Below, in pieces: positions 1 to 8,261 of a stretch of 39,359 nt of DNA. Below the pieces are notes generated by a model, which saw nothing but the letters and a program-made list of their open reading frames with translations, made no database searches and was not told the DNA's origin. The stretch is from a virus (taxonomy: Duplodnaviria; Heunggongvirae; Uroviricota; Caudoviricetes). Numbering within the stretch: the first letter of the stretch is position 1; every line of letters starts with the position of its first letter. The translations under genes and the position numbers were made by a program. The stretch is from the IMG/VR virus record IMGVR_UViG_2563366943_000021. One strand, written 5' to 3'.

Positions 1-516
1 ATGAAATTTAAAAAATGTCTTCTGCCTGTGGCAATGTTAGCGTCATTCACTCTGGCAGGATGCCAGTCAAATGCTGATGATCATGCCGCCGATGTTTATC
101 AAACCGATCAACTGAATACCAAACAAGAAACTAAAACCGTTAATATTATTTCCATTCTTCCCGCAAAAGTTGCCGTAGACAACTCCCAAAATAAACGAAA
201 CGCACAAGCCTTCGGCGCGCTTATTGGTGCAGTCGCTGGCGGTGTAATCGGCCACAACGTGGGGTCTGGCAGCAATTCCGGAACGACGGCAGGTGCAGTT
301 GGCGGCGGAGCTGTTGGCGCGGCAGCGGGTTCTATGGTGAATGATAAAACCTTAGTGGAAGGTGTTTCTCTAACGTATAAGGAAGGCACCAAAGTGTATA
401 CCTCCACCCAGGTGGGTAAAGAGTGCCAGTTTACGACAGGTTTAGCCGTTGTTATTACCACGACGTATAACGAAACGCGTATTCAGCCAAATACCAAATG
501 TCCTGAAAAGAGCTAA
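1..516 (+). CDS. yfgH: Glycine-zipper outer-membrane lipoprotein, YfgH-like; probably host gene
   Basis: Lipobox LAGC after signal peptide; Gly/Ala-rich GAVAGGVIGH glycine-zipper motif; 171 aa; sits next to a YfgI-like gene and a guaA 3' remnant, matching my recollection of the E. coli yfgH-yfgI-guaA locus. Confidence 0.55.
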   Translation: MKFKKCLLPVAMLASFTLAGCQSNADDHAADVYQTDQLNTKQETKTVNIISILPAKVAVDNSQNKRNAQAFGALIGAVAGGVIGHNVGSGSNSGTTAGAVGGGAVGAAAGSMVNDKTLVEGVSLTYKEGTKVYTSTQVGKECQFTTGLAVVITTTYNETRIQPNTKCPEKS

Positions 517-531
517 TGATCAGGAGGAGTC

Positions 532-1071
532 ATGAAGAAAGTTTTTCTTTGCGCCATCTTAGCCTCCTTAAGCTATCCGGCTATCGCCTCATCATTGCAG
601 GATCAACTCTCTGCTGTCGCAGAAGCGGAACAGCAAGGTAAAAATGAAGAGCAAAGGCAGCATGACGAATGGGTCGCGGAGCGCAACAGGGAAATCCAGC
701 AAGAGAAGCAACGTCGCGCAAACGCCCAGGCCGCGGCTAATAAAAGAGCGGCAACGGCAGCAGCGAATAAGAAAGCTCGTCAGGATAAACTGGACGCCGA
801 AGCCACTGCGGACAAAAAACGCGATCAAAGTTATGAAGATGAGCTACGCAGCTTAGAGATTCAGAAACAAAAACTGGCGCTGGCGAAAGAAGAAGCCCGC
901 GTTAAGCGAGAAAACGAATTTATCGATCAGGAACTGAAGCACAAAGCTGCGCAAACCGATGTGGTGCAATCTGAAGCTGACGCAAACAGAAATATGACTG
1001 AAGGCGGTCGCGATCTGATGAAAAGCGTGGGCAAAGCAGAAGAGAACAAATCGGACAGCTGGTTTAATTAA
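532..1071 (+). CDS. yfgI: Secreted charged coiled-coil protein, YfgI-like; probably host gene
   Basis: Signal peptide MKKVFLCAILASLSYPAIA, then highly charged K/E/Q/A-rich sequence; 179 aa; RBS AGGAGG upstream; symbol rests on recalled synteny only. Confidence 0.5.
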   Translation: MKKVFLCAILASLSYPAIASSLQDQLSAVAEAEQQGKNEEQRQHDEWVAERNREIQQEKQRRANAQAAANKRAATAAANKKARQDKLDAEATADKKRDQSYEDELRSLEIQKQKLALAKEEARVKRENEFIDQELKHKAAQTDVVQSEADANRNMTEGGRDLMKSVGKAEENKSDSWFN

Positions 1072-1110
1072 TCGATGTAAGTAACTTCAAGCCTATAATT
1101 CTTGAAGATA

Positions 1111-1140
1111 AAAAACCCTCTGTAGTAACAGAGGGTTTTG
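1111..1140. terminator. Bidirectional rho-independent terminator between convergent host genes and prophage end
   Basis: Stem AACCCTCTG / CAGAGGGTT with 6-nt loop, A-run on the left and T-run on the right. Confidence 0.55.
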
Positions 1141-1165
1141 TTCATTCATAGTGCAGGGATCAAAA

Positions 1166-1182
1166 TCATTCCCACTCAATTA
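1166..1182 (-). other. Putative attL core: duplicated 3' end of a guaA-like gene (IEWE-stop) at the prophage-host junction
   Basis: Minus strand reads ATT GAG TGG GAA TGA (I E W E stop), the conserved GMP synthase C-terminus, but an in-frame TAA lies immediately upstream, so only the last codons are present. Confidence 0.45.
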
Positions 1183-1209
1183 TTTACGATAACCATAACC
1201 AATTGAGTG
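1174..1209. repeat. Perfect 9-bp inverted repeat CACTCAATT / AATTGAGTG with 18-bp spacer, overlapping the putative att core
   Basis: Direct reading; candidate integrase core-type binding sites. Confidence 0.4.
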
Positions 1210-1290
1210 ATAACATTTTTCCAAATCTCAATTTTTCCCGTACCGTTTTATATACCGTCACCGGAAATCAGTACCATGAAAAATGCCATG

Positions 1291-1773
1291 CTATCTGGTC
1301 AAAGTGTCGTACTGTTTTTCGCAGACTCTTCCGGCTTCGGCTGCCCGGTCAGCATACTCTGCCAGTTGTCTGTTTCTCTCGAGAGATTTGCTGAGCACGT
1401 CGGCAAGCAAAACTCCGGTGTCTGCGGCTGACGACCCAGCGCCGACAATGGCGTTATACTGCCTGAGCTGCTCACGGATGGCAAAGAGTTGTTGCTGCAA
1501 CCGGCCAGCGCTAGCGGCAGCATCAAGAGCATCATTGCGCGCCTGGTCGATCCTCTGCTGAGCTTCACGTTCATTGGTCACTTTCTCCTGTTCGTAGTAC
1601 TGACGAACTTTGTCTTCTTCGGCTTTGCGGTCTTCTTCCGCCTGCGCATACCCGGCATCGTACTGGCGACTGCCGTGTATATTCCAGGCAACAACTCCTG
1701 ATATGACCAGAACAGCAAGCACTGCCACGATAAGAAACTGTTTCCAGTATGCTTTTACGAATGCCCAGATCAT
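1291..1773 (-). CDS. Rz: Rz-like i-spanin
   Basis: N-terminal TM helix then charged coiled-coil periplasmic domain; directly downstream of endolysin with ATGA overlap; embedded Rz1-like ORF in another frame. Confidence 0.7.
   Translation of the reverse strand: MIWAFVKAYWKQFLIVAVLAVLVISGVVAWNIHGSRQYDAGYAQAEEDRKAEEDKVRQYYEQEKVTNEREAQQRIDQARNDALDAAASAGRLQQQLFAIREQLRQYNAIVGAGSSAADTGVLLADVLSKSLERNRQLAEYADRAAEAGRVCEKQYDTLTR
1299..1535 (-). CDS. Rz1: Rz1-like o-spanin lipoprotein embedded within Rz
   Basis: Out-of-frame ORF wholly inside Rz; signal peptide with lipobox LAGC; Pro/Ser-rich; start chosen at internal Met ([13 protein letters not shown]), exact start uncertain. Confidence 0.5.
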   Translation of the reverse strand: MMLLMLPLALAGCSNNSLPSVSSSGSITPLSALGRQPQTPEFCLPTCSANLSRETDNWQSMLTGQPKPEESAKNSTTL

Positions 1774-2399
1774 ACCGCCAGCACCTTACTGGCAGTGATG
1801 TACCGCGCTCGCCGGTCGTCGATGCCGTTCCGGCCACCATTGATAATCAGAGTTACACGTGCAATATCGCCGGTATACTTCATGCATCCTTTGCTGGCGA
1901 AGAACCACGCCGCGCTACGAGCCGCATATTCGTCCTGCGCCAGCAGTTCAGGGCTCTCCAGCAGGTCAACCTTCAGACCGTTTCCGCAATCACGATAGTT
2001 ATTCAAACCGGTAATCTGGATAAGTCCGCGCCCTCGGTAATTCCAGCCATCACCAGGGGCATTGTTCCCCATGCGTTTGCTGTATACCAGATTTGCGATT
2101 GCGCGCTGGCGCTCAAGTGGCAATGGTGGTTCACCAGCACGGCGCCCCAGTGCATTAGCCTGCCCCTGAGTGAGACGCCCAGCCCGAACGAAGTTAGCCA
2201 GTCCGCTGACACTGTAGTTGAAATTCTCCTGCAACCTGGTGAAGCCCCCAGACTCATGCCCGGCTTGAGCAATAAACATTGCCTGATCTTCTGCTTTGCT
2301 GATACCAAACTCTTTCATCGCAGAAGTTATATGCGAGAACCAGCGTGCGGCCAGTGCCTCGCTGATACCAGCAGCTCGCTGGAATTGTTTAATCTCCAT
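1770..2399 (-). CDS. Endolysin, glycoside hydrolase family 19 (chitinase-like)
   Basis: Motifs [12 protein letters not shown] and [11 protein letters not shown] typical of GH19 phage endolysins; start moved to internal ATG (MEIKQFQ) at 2399; lies between holin genes and Rz. Confidence 0.85.
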   Translation of the reverse strand: MEIKQFQRAAGISEALAARWFSHITSAMKEFGISKAEDQAMFIAQAGHESGGFTRLQENFNYSVSGLANFVRAGRLTQGQANALGRRAGEPPLPLERQRAIANLVYSKRMGNNAPGDGWNYRGRGLIQITGLNNYRDCGNGLKVDLLESPELLAQDEYAARSAAWFFASKGCMKYTGDIARVTLIINGGRNGIDDRRARYITASKVLAV

Positions 2400-2697
2400 G
2401 TTTAGACCTCGATACTTTAAAAATTTGAACGACGTTACCGCGCGTTTTAATAACCGCAGCCAGCATGACAGCGTTGATAATGACCTCAGATAAATCCACA
2501 GCCATTGGCGTACGTAACCAGATTGCATAGGCGACTCGAACAGGAATACTGGCCGCAGCAACAATCAGGAAATAAGCAAGCCATCCTCCCCACCTTCGAT
2601 GTTGAGAGCCGTTACGCCGGAATGTGACAACGCGAATTGCTATGCCAGTGCAAATAACTGCATTGGTGATAAGCAAAAAAAACTCATGCGTTACCAT
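2389..2697 (-). CDS. Small membrane protein of the lysis cassette (second holin or antiholin)
   Basis: 102 aa with predicted TM helices; RBS GGGAGA before ATG; between holin and endolysin. Confidence 0.5.
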   Translation of the reverse strand: MVTHEFFLLITNAVICTGIAIRVVTFRRNGSQHRRWGGWLAYFLIVAAASIPVRVAYAIWLRTPMAVDLSEVIINAVMLAAVIKTRGNVVQIFKVSRSKHGD

Positions 2698-3088
2698 CGT
2701 CTTTTCTCCCCGGAATTAACTCGCGTGGATTATCGGAACGGTGATAGAGCCATATACCAATACGCACAGCGACAATTGCTGACACGAATGCGCCTGCAGA
2801 GAAAACAATCCCTTTTTCAAAAGAGTCCTGCGTGATGGTAGGGATCAGGCTGGCTATGCCGATAAGAATTGATGCTGCTGGTTTGTAAAAGAGAAGGCCG
2901 CAAAGAAAGCTGAGCATCGACAGGAGCACCCGGCGACGGATGGGGTACTCTACTGCAGAGGTAACAAAAATTACCGCCCCAGCCAAAGCCCCTAAAGCAA
3001 CCTCCGGAGGGACACCTGCAATAACTGCAGCAAGAGAACCAAAACTAAGCAACTGATTTAATTGCTCACTTGTTACTTGAGCAGACAT
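2684..3088 (-). CDS. Holin
   Basis: 134 aa with several hydrophobic helices and charged C-terminus; first gene of lysis cassette; RBS AGGAG. Confidence 0.6.
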   Translation of the reverse strand: MSAQVTSEQLNQLLSFGSLAAVIAGVPPEVALGALAGAVIFVTSAVEYPIRRRVLLSMLSFLCGLLFYKPAASILIGIASLIPTITQDSFEKGIVFSAGAFVSAIVAVRIGIWLYHRSDNPRELIPGRKDDGNA

Positions 3089-3368
3089 ACTTTCTCCTGT
3101 TTACTATCTATAAGCCAGTCAATTATTGATGACTAAACCCGCATAGTAAACCATATATGAATCATTATTGTTCCATATCATATATCTCAATAAAAGTACT
3201 AATGATTTTACAGAACGAGCCAGCAGAGTGGGGGCAGTTGTACAGGAACCATAGACTTAATTTTGTATTTAATAATGCTATGGTGTAATAAACCTGAACA
3301 TGTATTTAAAATACGTACTGATTCATGATAGAATTCAAAGATAACTTTTCACCAACTCCGTTTTTGAT

Positions 3369-3396
3369 ACCCGCAATATTTTGCGGGCTTTTTTTT
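3369..3396 (+). terminator. Plus-strand rho-independent terminator overlapping the tailspike stop codon
   Basis: Stem CCCGCAA / TTGCGGG, loop TATT, followed by 8 T on the plus strand; on the minus strand the hairpin is followed by A-rich sequence. Confidence 0.4.
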
Positions 3397-6300
3397 AACG
3401 TTCTTCCAGAGACTGAACCCGCTCTTTTATCTTATCCATTTCTCTGCGCTGCCATGCTGCCTCGATATAGAATAAGAGATCAGGTCTGACCCCCCATCTA
3501 GATCCTGCTGGCGTTATTTCAACGCGCTCAATGATGTCTTCTATTACCATCACTGGATTATCATCCTCATCAACAATGATGCTCCCGTCATTATCAGTCA
3601 GCGGCATTTCCCTTTGGCCAGTAATGACGTCATCATATACTGCGGGATAATCGTCATAGCAAAGAAAGGCATAGCGGCATGTTGTGCTTTCTTCTTCCAT
3701 GAGTCCGTGAGAAATAAGAACATCACGAAGTTGCTGCGCGATTACACCATGATGTATCCTCGCCCCTTCTTCCCCCTTTATAGCGACAGCGTTCAGCCAT
3801 TTATAAGCGATATACCTGACGTCACCCCAGGCATCCAGCAATGCTTCGTCAGGAGAGACCGGCTCTGTCTTTAATGTTCCGTCACTGGTAACCACAGGAT
3901 TGGAGCCAAGATAAACTGTCGAGAACCTGTTTCCCGGACCACCAAGAGCATTTACATTATCAAGATAAGGTTTAACATCTCCGTTCTCAAAAAGATGTTC
4001 GAGTGCGTTATATACCGCGCGACGTGGAGTACTGCTTCCGGAACCATGCAACGTTATCATTGCACCATCTGCTGAAGACGTTGTTTCACCGCCGCTAACG
4101 ATTAATCTCTGAGCGGTAACATCATCAGACGGTACTTTCTTCGCAATAATGGCGTAATTACCCTCAAGTTTGACTTCCGCGCGAACTTGTCCTGATGTAC
4201 CTGCATGGACAGTCAGTGACTGGACGGCAACATCATCTGTGAAATCAACGGGTACAGGAACCGTCCTCACGCCTGACGTCGACATAAAAGTAGGAAGCGT
4301 TCTGTTAGGAGTGGCTCCGTAGACAAAATCCCTTGAAACAAATTCTTCCTGTTTAATTTTCACCCTGAAACAATACAAATCAGCCGGGTGACCATCGTGA
4401 ACATAAGGATATTTTCTGTTGTTATCCCCTATGCTCCATGGGTTTAGAAAGTCTTCCCCACCGAAAATGTAGTACAGCCAGTTGTCTTTGATACAAACTG
4501 AACCAACACCAACCGCAGAGTTAACTATTCCGCCCTGATAAATCTGATCAGTAACATTAACCCACTCTACATTATCCAGACTCCACTCATTGACGTTAAC
4601 TCTGGTCATAAATGTTCTTGGATAATTTCCTGCATAACGGTTATCAGGTTCTCCTCCTTCCCACTCACCAAATGCGCGCTCACTGCCAAAAATAATCAGC
4701 TCATCGCCAACTTTGGCAAAAGGAAGGTTTGAGTGATGAACATTATTTGGGAAGCGAAGAGAATTCCATGATGTACCTAAATCAGAGCTTCTGTGCAATG
4801 AACTACCGGGTTGAGTACTTAATGTCCCCCTGGTCGTCAGATACAGAATGCCATCATAATATTTTACACATGGCTCAGATGCATTCGCCTCATATTCTAC
4901 AGGTATGCGTCTGCGAACAAAGCTACCAGGAGAACCGAAAGCATCAGAGAAATAGAGTATCCCAAGCTCGCGTGGACCAATATCACCATTATGGTAGCCA
5001 ACAGCAAAACTGTTATCGCTAATCGTCGCAAAACTGTGAATCTCAGTAACAGGAGTGCTTCCGTCAACAAAAGAAGGAATAGTTCCAAGACTGGTTTTTC
5101 TCCATGGTGACGAGTGAAATGATGTGCCAAAACTCCAGTATCTACCCTCGTTATTCTGATCCACATCCTGGGTATTTTGCGTCGTAACTGTAAAGGTATT
5201 TTTATCAATAACAGTAGTCACCGTCATATTCCCGGTAACACCTGTAACACCAGAGTTTGAGAAGTTGACAAAATCACCAGCAAATAATCCGTGATCAGTA
5301 ATGCGAATATAAGCGACTTGCTGATTTGCTGCTTTCGTTATACCACCATAAACGCGAAGGCTGCGACTCATTGGGCGATCCCACAACTCTGCAACCTGCA
5401 GTTTATTTCCTCTCACGGTCCGCGTCTCAATTACAGCAAAAAGGCGATTTCTGACAACCCCCATACTCATGCAGTGATAGTTAACTGTGGGATAGTTTTC
5501 ATGTAAATCTGTAAGCCATTCCGGCGTTGTCCAGGTCTTCCCGTCATCTCCTGAGCGAACCCATGCAACATGGAGGTTATTTACACCATGGCGGTCTCCA
5601 GCCATAAAAGGCGCATAGATGACATTGTCATATACAAACGTTTTATCCTGCGTCCAGGCGTTGTACCACGGTGTATCTGTAATTTTAAATAACTCTCCCT
5701 GGATAAAATCTTCAGAAGCATAAAAAAGAGGCTGGCCCGGTATTCTCTCAAATAAAAAACGAGCATTTTTAAATCGACTGACATCCGGAAGAGTTGATAC
5801 TTTAAAAGTAAGCCCTAATCCGTCAATTTTATAACCTGGAGATGAGGCTTCAAGGCACGCGCTTATTGCAGTGGAATCGTCATTTATACCATCACCAACA
5901 GCTCCAAAATCTTTGGGGCTAATAGCATCACGCATTTTATCCTGGAACGTTCGGTACACAGCCCCAGAACCATACTGAATAAACCAACCAAAACCACCAA
6001 CAACTCCGGCGATTGCAGCATCGACATAATTACGCATTGAGCGATTATTTACAGCGTCCTGCTCAAATGATGGATCTGCAAGGTTAGAAATTTTGTTTTG
6101 CTTTGCATCGTAATATTTTGCAAGCAAAGATGGTTTCATCAATGCACGTCTGAACCACCCAAAACATTGCTGGATCAGCATCGTCAGGTAGTCAAAGGCA
6201 TCTTCATGCACTTCGGGGAAAAATTTTCCCTGATTGCGAAGGTCTGTGTCCTGCACTACATCAAGCACACGATCTATCGTAATTCGCCATCCAGTAGCAA

Positions 6301-6514
6301 GCGGAGACGGAAGAACCACAGAACCGCCACTATAAGTGCCCGCCCCAGTTACCGTATAACCGGTATCCAGGACCAATTCTGTTACGTTCCCGTTCAGGTC
6401 AGACACCTGAACAACCAGGTCTGATTTTCTGAAAATTCGAAAAGTATACGGAAACGATGTCGTAACGCCGTTACCGGTGTATTCGTTGTGGTCAACTTCG
6501 GTTGAGACCGTCAT
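3395..6514 (-). CDS. Tailspike: N-terminal particle-binding domain, Asp-box sialidase-like beta-propeller, C-terminal intramolecular chaperone domain
   Basis: 1039 aa; two Asp-boxes SGDDGKTW (5531-5554) and SSDLGTSW (4766-4789); C-terminal about 150 aa resembles the auto-cleaving chaperone domain of endosialidases; N-terminus resembles epsilon15-type tailspike anchors (recalled). Confidence 0.8.
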   Translation of the reverse strand: MTVSTEVDHNEYTGNGVTTSFPYTFRIFRKSDLVVQVSDLNGNVTELVLDTGYTVTGAGTYSGGSVVLPSPLATGWRITIDRVLDVVQDTDLRNQGKFFPEVHEDAFDYLTMLIQQCFGWFRRALMKPSLLAKYYDAKQNKISNLADPSFEQDAVNNRSMRNYVDAAIAGVVGGFGWFIQYGSGAVYRTFQDKMRDAISPKDFGAVGDGINDDSTAISACLEASSPGYKIDGLGLTFKVSTLPDVSRFKNARFLFERIPGQPLFYASEDFIQGELFKITDTPWYNAWTQDKTFVYDNVIYAPFMAGDRHGVNNLHVAWVRSGDDGKTWTTPEWLTDLHENYPTVNYHCMSMGVVRNRLFAVIETRTVRGNKLQVAELWDRPMSRSLRVYGGITKAANQQVAYIRITDHGLFAGDFVNFSNSGVTGVTGNMTVTTVIDKNTFTVTTQNTQDVDQNNEGRYWSFGTSFHSSPWRKTSLGTIPSFVDGSTPVTEIHSFATISDNSFAVGYHNGDIGPRELGILYFSDAFGSPGSFVRRRIPVEYEANASEPCVKYYDGILYLTTRGTLSTQPGSSLHRSSDLGTSWNSLRFPNNVHHSNLPFAKVGDELIIFGSERAFGEWEGGEPDNRYAGNYPRTFMTRVNVNEWSLDNVEWVNVTDQIYQGGIVNSAVGVGSVCIKDNWLYYIFGGEDFLNPWSIGDNNRKYPYVHDGHPADLYCFRVKIKQEEFVSRDFVYGATPNRTLPTFMSTSGVRTVPVPVDFTDDVAVQSLTVHAGTSGQVRAEVKLEGNYAIIAKKVPSDDVTAQRLIVSGGETTSSADGAMITLHGSGSSTPRRAVYNALEHLFENGDVKPYLDNVNALGGPGNRFSTVYLGSNPVVTSDGTLKTEPVSPDEALLDAWGDVRYIAYKWLNAVAIKGEEGARIHHGVIAQQLRDVLISHGLMEEESTTCRYAFLCYDDYPAVYDDVITGQREMPLTDNDGSIIVDEDDNPVMVIEDIIERVEITPAGSRWGVRPDLLFYIEAAWQRREMDKIKERVQSLEER

Positions 6515-6618
6515 GTTAAATCTCCAGATAGTCGCAGCACCCGTTGCGCCGCATATCTGGTTATTCTATTACCTGAAAAACCATATATGGATAAAAAGAC
6601 TATAAATACCAATAGATA

Positions 6619-6633
6619 TTACCTTTCGGGTAA
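6619..6633. promoter_or_regulatory. Operator site TTACC-TTTCG-GGTAA
   Basis: Perfect 5+5 inverted repeat with 5-bp spacer; intergenic, upstream of LexA box and small antirepressor-domain gene. Confidence 0.6.
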
Positions 6634-6670
6634 TTTGCAAAACGTGCTGGATAGCAAACAAATTATTTGT

Positions 6671-6690
6671 TACTGTATAAACATACAGTT
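6671..6690 (+). promoter_or_regulatory. LexA (SOS) box
   Basis: TACTGTATAAACATACAGTT matches CTGT-N8-ACAG with AT-rich spacer; 20 bp upstream of ORF start at 6710. Confidence 0.65.
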
Positions 6691-6709
6691 ATTGCATGGA
6701 GAAGATAAG

Positions 6710-6967
6710 ATGCAGCAGTATCACTATCCACTGGAAGACGGATTTACCGAAAGGATTCACACGCCGGGAGGCGTCAGGTCACTGGTGGAGGGATCGCACT
6801 TGATGAAATTACTCCGGGATCTCGATAAGGATGGATTTAATGTCGATGGCCCACTTGCCGAACTGACTGCACTGATTAACTACGTCACCAGCTCACAGAT
6901 GTCTATGCAGGATCTGCAAACACATCTCGACTATTGTGCCGAACAATTACGAAAACAAACCAGATAA
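6710..6967 (+). CDS. Small protein paralogous to the C-terminal domain of the antirepressor; candidate SOS-induced antirepressor
   Basis: 85 aa from ATG at 6710 with RBS GGAGAAG; aligns with C-terminus of the 7283-7993 product (HTPGGV/HSPSGV ... AELT); upstream part of the tracked ORF overlaps the operator and LexA box. Confidence 0.55.
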   Translation: MQQYHYPLEDGFTERIHTPGGVRSLVEGSHLMKLLRDLDKDGFNVDGPLAELTALINYVTSSQMSMQDLQTHLDYCAEQLRKQTR

Positions 6968-6970
6968 GGT

Positions 6971-6999
6971 TTGCAATTACCAAATGGAGTGCTTATATT
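6971..6999 (+). promoter_or_regulatory. Sigma70-like promoter (-35 TTGCAA, 17 bp, -10 TATATT) abutting operator
   Basis: Hexamers read directly; the TTACC half-site starts at the last base of the -10. Confidence 0.5.
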
Positions 7000-7013
7000 T
7001 ACCTTTGCGGTAA
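6999..7013. promoter_or_regulatory. Operator site TTACC-TTTGC-GGTAA
   Basis: Perfect inverted repeat; overlaps predicted transcription start of the ant leader. Confidence 0.6.
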
Positions 7014-7103
7014 ATTTACATCGCACTCCTCTTGTGCCATAGTAATCGGGCACTGGCAAAATCCAGTGCCGGGATTGGCGTCCCGAGTTACTAAGTGGCG
7101 CAT

Positions 7104-7127
7104 ACCACGCCAGACGTGGTTTTTTTA
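7104..7127 (+). terminator. Rho-independent terminator or attenuator in the ant leader
   Basis: Stem ACCACG / CGTGGT, loop CCAGA, followed by 7 T; about 100 nt downstream of the promoter and 155 nt upstream of ant. Confidence 0.45.
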
Positions 7128-7282
7128 TGCGTTAAGCACAGCTATATCCGAATTATGGTGGGCTGGGCAGGGGTCCGAAAGGACGCCGGTACCACTTAGG
7201 CCGGTACGCCAACCTTGTCCAGTTCACCACCAGTAATTGGCGTTGCGGTGGTGATTAAAATCACTAAGTGGAGATAACCACC

Positions 7283-7993
7283 ATGGCTAATGCTCAAACT
7301 GCCATCTTCAAATTTGAATCTGTAAACCCTATCCGTTCCATCATTATCGATGGCCAACCATGGTTTGTAGCCCAAGACGTTTGTAGTGCGCTGCGTATCC
7401 AAAACGTCACCCAAGCACTTGAAAAACTGGATGATGATGAAAGGTCTATGTTCAACATAGGGCATGAACATCGTGCAATTTTTGACAGCCGAGTAAAAGA
7501 GATCAACATCATCTCCGAGTCAGGCCTCTACACACTGATCCTCCGCTGCCGCGACGCAGTGACACCAGGCACTATCCCCTACCGCTTTCGTAAATGGGTT
7601 ACAGGTGAGGTTCTTCCTCAGATCCGCCGCACCGGAAGCTACATTAAAAACTCGCTCCCGCAGGAAGAACGCATAAAGATGGTTGCCGACCAGGTAGCCA
7701 ACGCCACGGCGTCAGCAGTAATGCAGGCGATGAAGATAGAGAACAAAACCTACAGCGCCCCACTGAAGCCCGGCTACCGCAGCCTGATTCACTCGCCGTC
7801 TGGTGTTCTCGGCCTGACGGAGAACTCACTGCTGATGAATTTGCTGAACCAGTTGCAGGAAGACGGGCACGATGTATCGGGCGCGGCGGCGGAGCTGACC
7901 ACCATGTTCTGCTACATCGTTGGTGTGAGCAAATGCCTGCGTGATATCCAGACGCACGCGGAGTACATCAACGACAAGGCAGGATTCTTCTGA
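7283..7993 (+). CDS. Antirepressor (Bro-N / AntA-like N-terminal domain)
   Basis: N-terminal IFKFE...DGQPWFVAQDVCSAL matches Bro-N/AntA signature; start set at ATG 7283 with RBS GGAG (tracked start is GTG 7268). Confidence 0.7.
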   Translation: MANAQTAIFKFESVNPIRSIIIDGQPWFVAQDVCSALRIQNVTQALEKLDDDERSMFNIGHEHRAIFDSRVKEINIISESGLYTLILRCRDAVTPGTIPYRFRKWVTGEVLPQIRRTGSYIKNSLPQEERIKMVADQVANATASAVMQAMKIENKTYSAPLKPGYRSLIHSPSGVLGLTENSLLMNLLNQLQEDGHDVSGAAAELTTMFCYIVGVSKCLRDIQTHAEYINDKAGFF

Positions 7994-8038
7994 CAGAACG
8001 GCGGCACAGGGATGTGCCTTTAAATAATTCTGTACAGA

Positions 8039-8067
8039 TTGCAGACTGGGGGTGAATAGCGTACTAT
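8039..8067 (+). promoter_or_regulatory. Sigma70-like promoter (-35 TTGCAG, 17 bp, -10 TACTAT) abutting operator
   Basis: Same geometry as promoter at 6971-6999. Confidence 0.5.
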
Positions 8068-8081
8068 TACCTTAAAGGTAA
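8067..8081. promoter_or_regulatory. Operator site TTACC-TTAAA-GGTAA
   Basis: Perfect inverted repeat immediately upstream of RBS AGGAGG. Confidence 0.6.
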
Positions 8082-8093
8082 AGGAGGCGCGAT

Positions 8094-8261
8094 ATGACAG
8101 CGTTGAAAAATCGTACTCAGCACAATGAACAAGCCAAGCAATGCTGGGATGTCATTGGAAAAGTTATGCTTGGCCGCGCAAGCAAAGAGCGCGACAAGGA
8201 TATGGTTTACCAGACAGGAACATCTTTCAGCGACTTCAAGGCGGCATTTCGCTCCAAATAG
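8094..8261 (+). CDS. Hypothetical small protein (55 aa), first gene of a two-gene cassette
   Basis: Absent from ORF track (below 60 aa); strong RBS AGGAGG 6 nt before ATG; GC-normal; operator-controlled promoter upstream. Confidence 0.45.
   Translation: MTALKNRTQHNEQAKQCWDVIGKVMLGRASKERDKDMVYQTGTSFSDFKAAFRSK

Noticed and set aside
1203-1561. Plus-strand ORFs 1203-1394, 1207-1431 and 1283-1561
   Set aside because: They overlap the att junction and the antisense of Rz/Rz1 with no RBS and junk-like translations; spurious.
3614-6424. Several ORFs of 60-110 aa on both strands inside the tailspike gene (for example 3614-3874, 4729-5022, 4897-5208, 6098-6424)
   Set aside because: Wholly embedded in a long ORF with clear sialidase motifs; no RBS, odd composition; treated as frame shadows.
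6587-6709. Upstream extension of the antirepressor-domain ORF (tracked start 6587)
   Set aside because: The extension contains the operator and the LexA box and has AT-rich junk-like translation; internal ATG 6710 with RBS is preferred.
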